Source of the DNA: Zygnema circumcarinatum SAG 698-1b
Taxonomy: Eukaryota > Plantae > Zygnematophyceae
DNA: 64,000 nt
Direction of reading: 5' to 3'
Assembly: GCA_037447605.1 (NCBI GenBank)
Contig: CM074816.1
Coordinates: forward strand, 248,001-312,000
Every line of letters begins with the position of its first letter. Position 1 is the first letter of the stretch. Positions 45,529 through 58,050 of this stretch are shown here, piece by piece. The notes below the pieces were generated by a model that did no database searches, was not told the origin of the DNA, and was given only the letters and a program-made list of their open reading frames with translations. Both the position numbers and the translations under genes were made by a program.

Positions 45529-48500
45529 ATGGAGGCGAGCTCCGTTGCGCCCGCGGAGGAGGGGAGAGGCGGCCATGGCTGCACCCAGCAGGAGGTCGTT
45601 CTCGCCATGCCACGTGTCACTCTCTCACACGCCCGAGCCGAGGAGGAAGCCGCCGAATCCGACGGCCACGTGTCCCACCCTCTCCTCCACTCCCAGGAGA
45701 AATCAACAGAAAGCCTCCCTGGCCATGGCGCGTCCTCGCCCTTCTCCTTGAAGGCGAGCGAATGGCGACAGTTTTTCAGAACATGGAAATGGGATCCGGC
45801 GCCGTTCTACGGTCCGTACGGCATGTATCTCGCGTTAAGCGTAGCAGCCAACGGAGCTCTCGCCCTGCTCTTCGTGCTGCTGCTTATGACGTCATGGATG
45901 GCGTCATCACGAGAAGCCCATGAGCCCATGCTACGGGGGGCGGAGAATTGGGCGATGCCAGCTGTCACCTCGGCATTGGCTGCGTTTGAAAGGGAGTGTT
46001 CGGGGAGAGGGGACGTGTGGACAGATGGCGGCTCCTGCGAGTGCCACATGTGCTTTGAGGGGAGACAGTGCGAGAGGGAGGTGGCAAACTGCACTGTGGA
46101 CGTGTCGAGGTGAGTGAGTGGGTTGGGAGGGAGGAGGGGGAGGGAGGGAGGGAGGGAGCGAGGGAGGNNNNNNNNNNGGAGGGAGGGAGGGAGAAGGGGG
46201 GAGGGAGGGAGGGAGGAAGGGAGGGGGGAGGGGAGAGGGAAGAAAGGAGGGAGGGACCTGGACTTTGAAAGATTGTAATCAGAAAAATGTATTATAGGAG
46301 TAAAGGAGAGAGTAGGGCAGGGAGGTGAGGGAGGTAGGTCGAAGTTAAGGGAGAATTGAGAGAGGGAAAAACTTGAAGAGAGAAAAGAGAATTCTTTAGT
46401 GAAAATAGGAGAAACTTAGAAAACCTTTAAAGAAGGTTCATAGATTCTCTATCATTGCTGGACATGACAATCAACTCCACAATGTTTTTCCATGGGGAGC
46501 TTCTAACCAATACTGACTGTTCCTAATCTTTCAGAGGGGACCCACTCATGTTCGAAGCGTTCTGGAAGGAAAACGCTGCCTCAAGCTCGGTGCTTATTCC
46601 GGGCCATTACCGGATTGGGTATGCGAACAATGGCCAGGAGTCATTTTGGGCTTCCCAAGCCCTCGAAAATGTGATCCGCAAGCTTCATAGCAAAGTGGGG
46701 AACGCGGTCGTGGAGGGGAAGCATGTGGTCGTGGGCGTGGGCTCCATGCAACTCATCAATGCCGTCCTGTTGGCCTTCGGACACCTTCACAGCGGAAGCT
46801 CAAAGGGAGTGCCTTTAGTCGTCACATCGGAGGCGCCCTACTATCAGGTCAGAGTGATCCGTTTTAGTTTTAACTTTTGACTAAGTTTAGTCAGCTTAGT
46901 CATGTGTTTTTTCCGAGTCAAAGACTAAAATGCAACTAAGGTGTCCTACAAGAAGGTCAGAGGTCAGTTTTAGTTTTAGTTTGACTAAAACTGTCCCTGT
47001 CCAACTGTCCCTTCCGAGTCCAAGACTAACTCGAACTAAGACCAGACTCGATCCTTCATCCTTCCGTACATCCTTAACCAGTTGACTATTCTGAACTCCA
47101 AATTTCCTTGTCGTTTTCTTCCTTTTCCTTGTCGTTTACTTTCCTTTCTTTGTCGTTATCCTTCTTTTCTTACTTTCTTTCGTCCTTTCTTCGACGCATG
47201 CATGCAGGCCTATGGCGAGTCCGCCTCGTACCTGGACTCGCGCCTGTTTTCGTGGGGCGGCAAGTCCAGCGGGTGGCTCGTACGGCAGGCGCCCAAGCGG
47301 CTCGAGTTCGTGACGTCACCGAACAATCCCGACGGGCGCATGCAGGACGCGCCGGCGCTGACCGGCCAGAACGTGGTCGCGGTCTACGACCACGCCTACT
47401 ATTGGCCGCACTTCGCGCCGATTGCAAGGGCCGCCGATCACGACGTCATGCTTTTCACGCTCTCCAAATTGACGGGCCACGCGGGGACACGGATAGGGTG
47501 AGTGAGAGCTTCGGAACATGTTATAAAATGTTTAGTTTTCTGATTTTTTGTGTTTTTTTCCTTTTTTTTTTTTTTTTTTTTTTAGGGAGCTTGGGTTGAA
47601 GTGAGATGGGTTAATTTTGTATAGTAGCAAGTGTTGTTGTAGGACTTGATTTTGTTCATGATTGATGATGGAGCATGAAATGAACCCCAAAGCAGTATTA
47701 TAATGCATTCTAGGGTTAGCCCTCAACGGCCGTCTCATGGGGCATTTTTTATTTTTCAGCACTGTTAAGAAAACCCTTGAACAGCATTCAAGAGTCCTGA
47801 AACGCCTCTCTAACCTTGACTTCTTTTCTAATCGAAATTACCCCCATCATTTCCGTACTTTTCCAGTTGGGCTCTTGTAAAAGACGCTGCTCTTGCCAAT
47901 GCGATGAATGCCGCCATAGCTTCCATGACTCTCGGAGTCCCCCATGAAAGCCAACTCCGCGCCGTACAAGTCCTCAACTCCCTCCTAATGAACATTCACG
48001 GAAACCGAGATTTCCCTCCCAAGGCTCCCTTACCGGAAGGAGAGGGACCGGAAAAATTCGCAGAGCAAGGACTCCTCTTCTCCTATGGAGCGAGCCTTAT
48101 GCTGAACAGGTGGCTGCGTCTGAGGACGATTATGGGCCAAAGGGAAGACCTGCCCGGGACTCCGCGCTTCTCTCTGCAAGCGGTGGAGGAGCCTCAATAT
48201 TGCAAATTCTTCACCACAACTCGAGCAGCCACGCCAGGTGAGAAATCTCCTATAATTTACGAGAAAAAAATGGGTTTTTGGGGTTTTAGAAATATAGGGT
48301 TTTGTGAGGTTGTGACGCTTCCTGGCAAGGTACGAGGTTAGAGGGTTTGGTGGTGGTGTTGAAATTGACATGAAGTACTGCTTTTGAGTATGAGAAGTTT
48401 CCTCCCATGCTTTCCTTCTCACTCTTTCTCTTCCCCCCCCCCCCTTTCCTCGCTATGTGTCGGTACACGCTATTAACTTTTTCCCATTTTTCTTTGAATT

Positions 48501-48699
48501 TATCGATGCAGCCTATGCTTGGGTGAAATGTAATTATTTGAACGACGCCGACTGCTTTGAAGTTTTTAAAGGGTTCGGGGTTGAAGGGCGGCCCGGCCCT
48601 GTGTACGGGGCCGGGAGGGAGTTCGTGCGCTTCAGTCTGCTCATGCGAGATAGCACGTTCGACCTTTTGGTCAAGCGCTTGACTACCACACATGACTAA
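45529..48699 (+). CDS. Alliinase/tryptophan-aminotransferase-related PLP enzyme with N-terminal hydrophobic anchor and EGF-like alliinase domain
   Basis: Exons 45529-46109, 46535-46847, 47208-47497, 47867-48237, 48512-48699. Motifs CSGRG..CECHMCFEGRQC, GDPLMFEAFW, LHSKVGNAVVEGKHVVVGVGSMQLINA, EFVTSPNNPDG, YDHAYYWPHF and [21 protein letters not shown] (PLP lysine). Confidence 0.92.
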
Positions 48700-50122
48700 C
48701 TGACTGACTAACGTCTAGTCATCGTGCATGACCAGAGCATCACGTTTTCACATAAGGTCGGTAAAAAGCACTGGAAGGGAGAGGGAGAGGGAGAGGAAGG
48801 GGGAGGAAGGAGGGGAGGGAGAGAGGGAGGGAGGGAGAGAGGGAGGGAGGNNNNNNNNNNAGGGAGGGAGGGAGGGAGGGAGGGAGGGAGGGAGAGGAGA
48901 GGGAGTTCACTTCGTGTTTAATTTTTACTTTTTTTTTTAACGTACTTATCTATTGTATTATAGTGAGCAGAAAGGCAGAAAGGTTTGGGCCTTGTCAGCT
49001 CCCTTCCCTGTTCAAATGCAGGAGGCGGCTCTTGCTGTTTTTTGGAGGCGGCGCTTTGGCCCTCTCAGGAGGGGACACGGGCGAGCGGGCCTGTTCCATG
49101 TACAGTAGTACAACGGATTACTGTCAATGTAGATAAGACAAGGACAAAATGGGAGAACTGAGGAAGCCAGTTTGAACAATTTTGAATTTTTTGTTAAGCC
49201 CATTTTTTTATTTTTTGCTTTAATCGAAGTCCTTTTGTCACGTTGACCTTTTCCATAGTTTGGGGCTACTTTGAAATAGTTTAATTGCGGTGGGTGCCCT
49301 TTTTTTTGTGTAACAAAATCATCGATCTACAGTATTTCTGAGCCGACATTTGTATGGAACAATGTTCACAAGCATCCAGACACGGCATGGTTTTGGGATC
49401 CCTATTCCCTACAGAAGTTGGCCATGACGTGTGGTCCCAACATTTCATGCACCATCGCACCTTTCGCTTTTAGCTGCAAAAGGCACGGTACGGCTCTAGA
49501 GTGCACCTTATCTCGATACGATACATATCGGAAATACCCAGAAGACATTTCGATACGATATATCTCGAGACAGTGCAGAGCTTCACTGTTTCGATACGAA
49601 CATATTGACGCCCCCGAGAAAATAAAACATGTCGATATATTCCGATACAATAAAATACGATAGTACAATAATGCAGATACAATACAATTTCAATACGATA
49701 CGATATGATACGATACCGTGAATTGGCGGTTAGGGCTCAACCGCGTCCGAGTCCCAAACTGAGCGCTGACACCCTTTAGGGCAAAAATTAGGGCTAAGGG
49801 CCGCAGGGTTTTGCGCCCATCACAGAGGAACGGAGAGTCCGCCACGTGTCTCCCTCCGCCTCCCTCTCCGCCCTGCGCTGACACGTGTGACCTGCCACGT
49901 GTGATCTGCCACGTGGCGTTGTGTGTTTCTCCGGGGGGGCCTTTTTATGGCGCAGGTAGACCGCTCACACGTGTGAGAGAGCTCTTGCGTTCCGAGGAAA
50001 AGGATCAGTAGAGCATTTTTCCGCAAAAATAATTCGGAAATTTGTGTGTTCGGAAGGCTTTGTTTCGGATTTTTGTGTTGGAAGGCTCTGAATAGGCTCA
50101 GATTTAGGGTTGAGAAGCCGCC

Positions 50123-50962
50123 ATGGATCGGTGCGCGAACCGAGTGATGGCGGGCGTGGCGATCGGAGGAGCGGTCGGAGGGGCCATTGGTGAGGCGCTT
50201 GCGGGATGGTTCTTCTTCAATTATTTTATTCATCGTTTAATTTTTTCAAGATTGTAGATTTTTTCTTTAGTTTAGAATCGGGGGTTTTTTTTTTTTCTTT
50301 TATAGTGCGAAGGAAAATGTAGAAGGAGGTGGGCTCTGGCTGAGAACTTTATACCCTAAAAAACCCTCGAAACTCTTAAAAACCTAAAAAATATGAAAAC
50401 CCTGAAAACCCTAAAGCGCAATGGGGGGTTGCAGGAGCGGTGTACGGAACGTACGATGCGTTTCGGTGCAAGGTGTGAACAGAGACATTTCGGACCCTCC
50501 TCTTCCCTTGTCCTTATTTGGGGCGGAGAGAGAGCGGGGGGAAAGGAAGGGAAAGGGAGGGGGAGAGGCTTTGAGAGGGAATGGGTGAGCATGGAAGAGG
50601 AGGGAGGGAGAGACAGAGAGAGAGAGCGAGAGGAGAGGGAGGGAGGGAGGGAGGGAGAGAGGGAGGAAGAGAGGGCGGGAGGGAGGGAGAGAGGGAGGGA
50701 GAGAGGGAGGGAGGGAGAGAGGGAGGGAAGAGGGGAGGGAAGGAGGGCAGGGCAGGGGAGGGGAGAGTAGGGGAGGGGAGAGTAGGGGGTAGGGGGTTAG
50801 GAGGTAGGGGGTAGGGGGTTAGGAGTAAGGGGGTTAAAGAGGGGGAGTTAAGGAAGGGAGAAAAGAAGGCTGGAGGGCAAATAGTGAGGGAATTGACGGA
50901 GAGTGGGGGAGAAAAGGAAGGCGAGGTGGAGGGCAGAGGCGAGAGGTGAGAGGGAGAGGGGG

Positions 50963-51027
<65 letters not shown>

Positions 51028-51472
51028 AGGGAAAAGCAGGTGGGGAGGGATGGGGGGCAGTGATTTTGGTGACAAGGGAGAAGGGAGCTGGCGAGAGAGA
51101 GCGGTGAGAAGAGAGAGGTTGTACAGAGGGAGGGAGAGAGACGGAGGAGAGGGAGTGCGTCTGCATTAGTGTTTGTCTATGCGGCTGCTCCTGTAGACAT
51201 GCCGTACTCTTGAACTGAACTGAACCTTAAGGGCTCTTTCTATGCATTACACTGAAATTGATGAAAATGAAGTTATTGCAAAGGATTTTGATTAACAATT
51301 AAATCCGAAAATTATCTTTCTTTACCCCTCATCCCTCCTCCCTGTTTCCTTCCGGCAGGTTCCGGGCTTACTTAAGGTTCGGTATATTGGAAAAACCACA
51401 ATTGGAAGTGCGGCAGCCTTTGGAATCTTCCTCGGAGCAGGGAGCCTTATTCACTGTGGAAAACGGTACTGA
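50123..51472 (+). CDS. ROMO1: ROMO1/MGR2-like mitochondrial inner-membrane protein
   Basis: Exons 50123-50189, 50435-50472, 51359-51472 give MDRCANRVMAGVAIGGAVGGAIGAVYGTYDAFRCKVPGLLKVRYIGKTTIGSAAAFGIFLGAGSLIHCGKRY. Confidence 0.9.
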
Positions 51473-52779
51473 AACTGAGAGTCTATGGCGAACTGTTCCG
51501 TAAATGTCAGACATGAAATAGAGAGAGTTCAACCCCCTTTTTTTTGGGGGGGAGTAAGAGGGTAGCTTCGCTTCACTGGGCTGTTGGGTTCGGAGGAGGA
51601 AGAGATGAAGGGAGAGGGAGAGAGAGAGATCTATGAGAGGGAGTTACACGCTTCTTTCTTTCTTCTAATGCGGATGTAATAACTTTGCTTTTTAAATTTT
51701 TTCTCTTATGCGAAATTTCTGTCTCGACACGTTCAAGTGTTTCAATGACGCAAAGAAAAAAAAAAATTGTGCTGAAAGTAAGCGACGGTTTCTTTTTTTC
51801 GCCAGGCGATGGGGCCTTTCGGGAAAATTTGCACGGTCTACTTTTGTGAAATTTTTTAAGCGTCGTGACGTCATGCACCTGCCACGTGTCACGTGCCTCT
51901 GCCAGGGATAGGGCTGTCGGAGCTTGAGAGCCGACAGAATGCTGACGTCATCCAATGACCCCTTTAAGTCAATAGGGTATTTGTCGGCGTCGGAAATGTC
52001 GACCGCTTAAAACAAGCCGGTCAAGATTTTGTCGTTAAACCATCCCGCCTTGGAGGGCGTCGACCCTTTCCATGTCCACATTTTACGGCCCCGTCGTCGC
52101 GTGATCAGCGCGTTCCATGAAACCGCCTTTTTTGCGCGCAACAGCTTTTAATGTCAGTTCCAGTTCCAGTTTTTACACCCTGTCGTTGTACGGCACCGAC
52201 AAAGTACCTTTAGTTAGCACGTGTGAACCACCCGTACCTTGGTACGGTGGCCATCGTCCACGTGGCAAATGGATGACGTGGCAAATTGTGATTGGCGATT
52301 TGTCAGTGAACAGCTTTTTGTCCAGATGCGTCTTGGAATCCAACGACGAGCGAATGAGAAATGGCCACGTGGACTCCATGTGTCCAAATGTATGGTGTTT
52401 ACACCTGACAGAGTTGGAACTGGATGTTTCCTGTCGCCATTTGTACGGTACTTTTGTCATCCGATACTGGTTCGGTTTATCGCCATACCGCATTTGCCGA
52501 TATATCTCGATACGGCTGCGTCTTGCTGTGCAGGCTCAACCCTTGCCTTGTCCAGCCCCCCCTCTCGAAACCCTAAAAATACTAATTGAATAACTGTATT
52601 TAATTCAAATTCTTTGAGGGTTTGTTATAATCGACAAACCCTAGAAACTATGACACATGCAAACCCTAGAAAACCCGAAACCCTAGAAACATGGAACCCT
52701 AAAAACTTGCAAGATTAGAGGTATTTCCTTCTGAAGCTGAACTCATTTCTTGGTCCTTTGATTGAATGCCCAGTCAGCC

Positions 52780-55700
52780 ATGTCCGCACGCGCCAGCATT
52801 GCGACGAACCAGCCGCGGATTTCTCCATTTTTCGCGACCATATTTCTCATTTTTTGGGGGGAATTTGCGAATGTGGTGTGGGCGGAGATGCAGAAGTCGG
52901 CACTCAATTTTCAGGAAGTGAAGGTCTCGCTTTCAGAGCCAGGGGATGTCTTGCAGAGACGTCAGAAGAGAGAGGGAGAGGGAGAGAGAGGAGTAGGGAG
53001 AGACATTGACAGCTCATTAAAACCGATTGAAGGAACTTTTCAGTTTTCTCTCACTCAAGATGAATTTTGCGCGGAGAATTGTTTCTTTGTATCTAAAGAT
53101 TTTAGTGGAGAAGGAGAAGCATCACATTTCCTGCACTGGCTGACCACTCTGAGCCTTCCACGTGGCGTCAATTCACTGCTTTTCAGTTTCGAAGGGCGAC
53201 ACACGGCTGTGAGAATCACCTCTTTGTTGGGCCCCCCTTTTAGTTTTTCATTCTTTGTGCAATAATAAGCACGTTAGAGAAAAACACCAAATGCTCTCTT
53301 CCCTTAATCACTTCTTCTTAACAGATTGATATGTTTATTTATTTTTTTGCATTCCTTTTTTGGATCAAGAGTGATCCCCTTTTCGCTTCCGCCTTATCTC
53401 TTCGATCTTATTGATTAAAGTCTTCCTCTTGCCCTTTTTCTTTGTATTAGGAATTCTCCAAATCTGACATTCTCCATGTGGTGGCTCAGTGCAGGCCTGC
53501 AGGACCCGCCGGCCTCCGCTTGCAGGTCGAGCTGCAATCTGAGCCGTCCGATCAAAATCTGACGGGCAGCATCTTCTCTTCCATTCTTCCCAGCCAATCA
53601 GCAAGCGACAGGTGGCAGGAGGAAGCGAGCTTTGAACTGAACCAATTACTCTGCAAAGGCTTTTCCTCCTCTCTCTGCCATCAAACCCTTTATTCATCCA
53701 AGTCCAAACTTTCTGTCGAAAAAAAGTCCACGAAAGCGGCATTAAGAGAAATTTTATGGCTTCCTTTTCCACTGGACATGCGCTTGACAGCCGCAATCTC
53801 TGCGTCAAAAAATGAAGTGAAAGTTGAATACGAAAATGAACGTGGATTTTTAGGGTTGTGGCATCCTGCCAGTTCAACTGCAGGGAGGGAGTTCAGCGAA
53901 GGGTGGCTCTCATTCTCGATATTCAAACCAGAGCGTACGGATGAGGGAGAGGGAGAGGGAGAGGGAGAGGGAGAGGGAGAAAGTGAGGGAAAGGGAGAGG
54001 GAGATGGGGAAGGAGAGAGGGAGGGACAGGCCAGAAAGAGAGGGAGGGAGGGAGAGTGGGAGAGGGTCAATAGTGACGTCGACGGAGCAGAATTGATCAG
54101 GAGGAGGCTGACGGAGAGAGCAGATTCTCGATTGTTTTTATCCCTCAAGTGGGAGGTGTGTGGCCGAAAAACCACAATTTACCTCCTTTTTTTTTTTTCT
54201 TCTCCCTTGTTGTTTTTCCATTTCTCTGTTATGAGGTGGTTGTATCCCTGTTAAGCAAGTCTCATTTGTCTCTCTCTCTACCTTTCTCTCCCTCTTGCCT
54301 CTCTTTTCTCTCGTTCTTTCTCACCCTCCCTCTGTTTCGCTCCCTCTCATCTTTCCCCTCTCTCTCTGTCACTCTCTCCCTCTTTCCTCCTTTCTCTGTC
54401 CTCTCTCCCTTAGAAGGGTCTGCTATGGGACTCCCCTTTGAGAGATCTTTTTTGGTTTTGGGCAGCATGCAGGTGTTTCGGCAAACGTTGCTAATTGCCC
54501 GTAATGAAGTAAACAAAAGTTTAAGTTTCACCTTTAAAGAGGAGGCAATGGCTATTGTCGATAAAGGGCAGCCAAATGCCTCTGAAAATTTGCCACCGGA
54601 TATTCAAATTTCAAAATCAGCGAGCCTTAATTCCCCTTTCCATGAGAGTGGAACCTGTTCCGTTAGGTCTGACAGTGAAAACGGAAGTTGCATGGAACGG
54701 GCGGCGGCTGGTTCAGTTGAGAGAGAGGAGAGGGAGAGTGCAGGAGAAGGAGAGAGAGAGGAGAGGGAGAGTGCAGGAGAAGGAGAGAGAGAGGAGAGGG
54801 AGAGTGCAGGAGAAGGAGAGAGAGAGGAGAGGGAGAGTGCAGGAGGAGAGAGAGAGGAGAGGGAGAGTGCAGGAGAAGGAGAAAGAGAGGAGAGGGAGAG
54901 TGCAGGAGAAGGAGAGAGAGAGGAGAGGGAGAGTGCAGGAGAAGGAGAGAGAGAGGAGAGGGAGAGTGCAGGAGGAGAGAGAGAGGAGAGGGAGAGTGCA
55001 GGAGAAGGAGAGAGAGAGACGAAATCAAAGAAGGGAGACGCAGAAAATGATGGCAAAAAAATGTGCGTCGGACGGTGGGAAATTTTGAACATTTCTCGAG
55101 CTCTGATTGGCCGAGGGCAGCACCGAGAGCTTCAAACCAAGTTGCGGTTGTTGGGGCCCACTCAGCAGCTGACACGTGGCAAGTATTTTCAAAATTGCGA
55201 ACCAGACAAAAAAAATGGCTTACTTGTCGAAATCGGATTGGTCGAGTTCCTTCCTGCAGAGATTTTTGTGGACACTTTTGAAGTGGCTCGCCTCAATAGT
55301 GAGTTATATTTCAGATTGCTTATTGAAAAAAATCTGCGAAATTCAGCTGTTGTTTGGAAACTTGCATAAAACCTTGTTCTACTCAGAACTGATTTTTTAG
55401 CATCCGAAATTGCACTGTATAATTTGTATGAGAATTTCGGGTATGGTGTGAACAGGGGCTATGAAAGTGGAGGTGTTCGGGAAGGTGGACCTCGAGTCAC
55501 CAGCTCCTCGAGCACAGCAGACGATCTTATTGGTCCACGTAGCAGCGTCACCTGCTGACACGTGGCATGCTGCTGAAGTGGCAGTGGAAGTGCGTCTGCC
55601 CCTTCATTCTCGATATCCGGTAATGTCCTCCCTACCTACTCCTTCGCCCTTTTCAACACATCACTGCTTTAAGAACCGTTTCAAAAACCCTAAAATCAAA

Positions 55701-56155
55701 CCCTTTTTTTAACGTAGATAGTATCTGCCCCAAAAAGCAACCAGCAACTCCTTGTTTTTGCCGATACTGAGATATATCGTTCCATATTATAACCTTGCCA
55801 ACTGCAGGCTGTGGTGAATCCCGACCCGGAATCTCCGTTCACATGTGCGGGCTCCCATGTTGAAGTGGACCTCCCTCTGCCACGTGTCCTCGTCAGGCTG
55901 ACGCATGCAGAGGCTCATGATGACATGTGCCCATCCACCTCTCATATATTAAGGTCTGAAAAAAATGGCCTCTGGGAATTGGCAGTGTGGGGGAGAGAGC
56001 CGCCCTTGGAAAATTCTCTCCTTCGGTGGGCCCTCCCTTCAGGCTGTGGGGCCCACTCGGAGATGGCTCTATGGGTGACGGCCATGGCGGCCATGGGGGG
56101 GGCTATGGGCCTCATACTTGCAACATATGGGGTGCCAACAAAGGGGGGTGCGTAG
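52780..56155 (+). CDS. PIG-X/PBN1-like GPI mannosyltransferase I subunit with long N-terminal extension
   Basis: The C-terminal part has LIGRGQHRELQ, LVEFLPAEIFVDTFEV, VFGKVDLESPA, RLPLHSRYP and WALPSG..H..ALWVTAMAAMGGAMGLILA (terminal TM). The upstream ORF segments 52780-53161, about 53503-54155 and about 54415-55339 are linked by inferred splicing, and one junction is unresolved. Confidence 0.7.
54719..55015 (+). repeat. 33-nt in-frame tandem repeat encoding EREERESAGEG x9
   Basis: Nine copies within ORF 54149-55369; copies 4 and 8 are 3 nt shorter. Confidence 0.85.
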
Positions 56156-58050
56156 GGTTTATGGGTATATGGGTTTTGGAAGTTGTTAGGGTTTTGACGG
56201 GTTTAGGGTTTTAGGGTTGTGGGGTTTGTGGATGTGTGTGTTGTAGCCGACGACATTTCCTAGAAAGTTGTGGTTCAAGTTGTTGTGTTCGTGTGGATGT
56301 GTGTTTGGAGGTGGTGCACAAGAGGGACTGGGGAGGGGTTTTTGGGTTTAGGGTTCAGGATTCGATGCAAGCACGATTGAATTCAAGATGGGTTTTGGCC
56401 AATTAGGCTCGAGTTTGTATGGCTTGGGGTTCAGGCAAGGCTGGATCCATGGCTGGATGTCATGGATGGTGTGGATGATGCGCATGCCATGCCATGCCAT
56501 GCCATGCCGGCATGGGCTTATAAGGTTTTGCTTCCCAGTTCTGTCCTCACTGAACTATAACAAAACTGAATGAAGCTCACATGGAACGACAAGCAAGGTT
56601 GTGGAACCATTCCTTGTTCAGTTACAGTTTTACGAATGCAAACGAGGAAAGCCTGAGAAGCTTCGGCGAAGCTGTTTCGATGTACGGACACATCGACGGA
56701 CATGCCGGCCGGTAGGGATGGCAAAATGTCCGTACAGGGGACTTCTAGTGTTTTAAATTTAAGAATTAGAACGTTCTGATATCCAAAATTTTCACAGTTT
56801 TATAACACTTTTAGAACTACGGTACGACCATTAAGATTGAACAACACGTACGAACGTACGGACAGCGTACTGTATTGGCGCTGACTCGTCCGAGAGCTTG
56901 CTCAGTTGCTCTACAACGACAAACTAACCCGCCAGCGGACCACTGACGACTTGTACGGACTAGCAGGCAGGGTCGACTAGCCAACATGTGGCGACATAGG
57001 ATTCTTCCACGCTTATAGATCTGTGCGTCCGTACAAATTCCATCGGTCGGGTCCAGCTAGCCGCCAAATTCTTGCACTGTGACTCTTAGTCTTAGCGTCT
57101 TTTTTTCAGTACGCGCACGCCGCCAGTGTTTGTGGTACACCACTGACCGATCCGTCGCGAGTGCGATCCAGCCAATGGGGCCGCTCCTGTCGGCTGCGGG
57201 CACAGCTGTGTCTCGCGCAATAGTCCTATCAAGGCCCACCAGAAGCGGACAAATTAAGAAGTCGGTGCCTTACAGATTGACAGCTAGGCGCACACACTTT
57301 TTGTCGGTGGATTTTTGCGGTCCCAAAAAACCGTTTTGAACTTTTTCCTCCCGACGAATGCGAAAGAAACACGTCAGTGAAAAAAGATCTCTTGTTCCTT
57401 TTTTTCCCAAGTTCTGGGAAATTCGGTCATTTTTTTGTTGGATTTTCTGCGAGTGCCGACCAGTGGCTGACCGTACACAAGCATCTTCAAACCAATATTT
57501 GTCACGTGTACAGTCCGGACACGTGGCGTACGGTCATTCGTGCAATTCTCACCCAAAAAAAAGCAATGATCACGCAACCTCGTCGAGTTTTCCTTCCTTC
57601 AGAAAAAAATATAAAAAAGAGAAAAAAATACACATTGGGACTTTCTTCCATTGACAGGATGGATCTATAACCCGCATAGATTCGATCAGATCCAAAAGAT
57701 GATCCTCACAAATCTAAAAGATTCTCGTTGGGGACAGTGAGCCAATTTTTAAGATTCTTCGTATGACTGGATCCCTTTAGATTCCAAATCTGCATTTTCA
57801 GATCTTTTTCAAATCTTCCGGACTCACAATTTGACAGCATCATCAACATTTCGCATCTCAGCCGATCTTTTCACGCTTCTCAAAAATCTGATCAGACTCT
57901 TTACCTTTCGTTGTTGTTATTGTTTCACTTTCGTTCCCCTAAAAAAACCAAAGAAAAAAATCGAAATTTGTGGTCCCAACATCGTATATATTCCCTCCCC
58001 CCATACCCCCCCGCAGCTTCACTCGCCCCTCAGCCGCTTCCGCACGTGTG

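Noticed and set aside
45529-48699. Calling the aminotransferase a TAA1 orthologue
   Set aside because: The EGF-like domain points to the alliinase/TAR3-4 type; orthology needs a phylogeny.
8677-48699. Defence or metabolic gene cluster (protease, SQS, alliinase-like)
   Set aside because: The genes are interspersed with housekeeping CCDC93 and share no pathway; adjacency alone is not evidence.
56713-56726. hAT-like terminus TAGGGATGGCAAAA
   Set aside because: No matching inverted end or TSD was found in the window.
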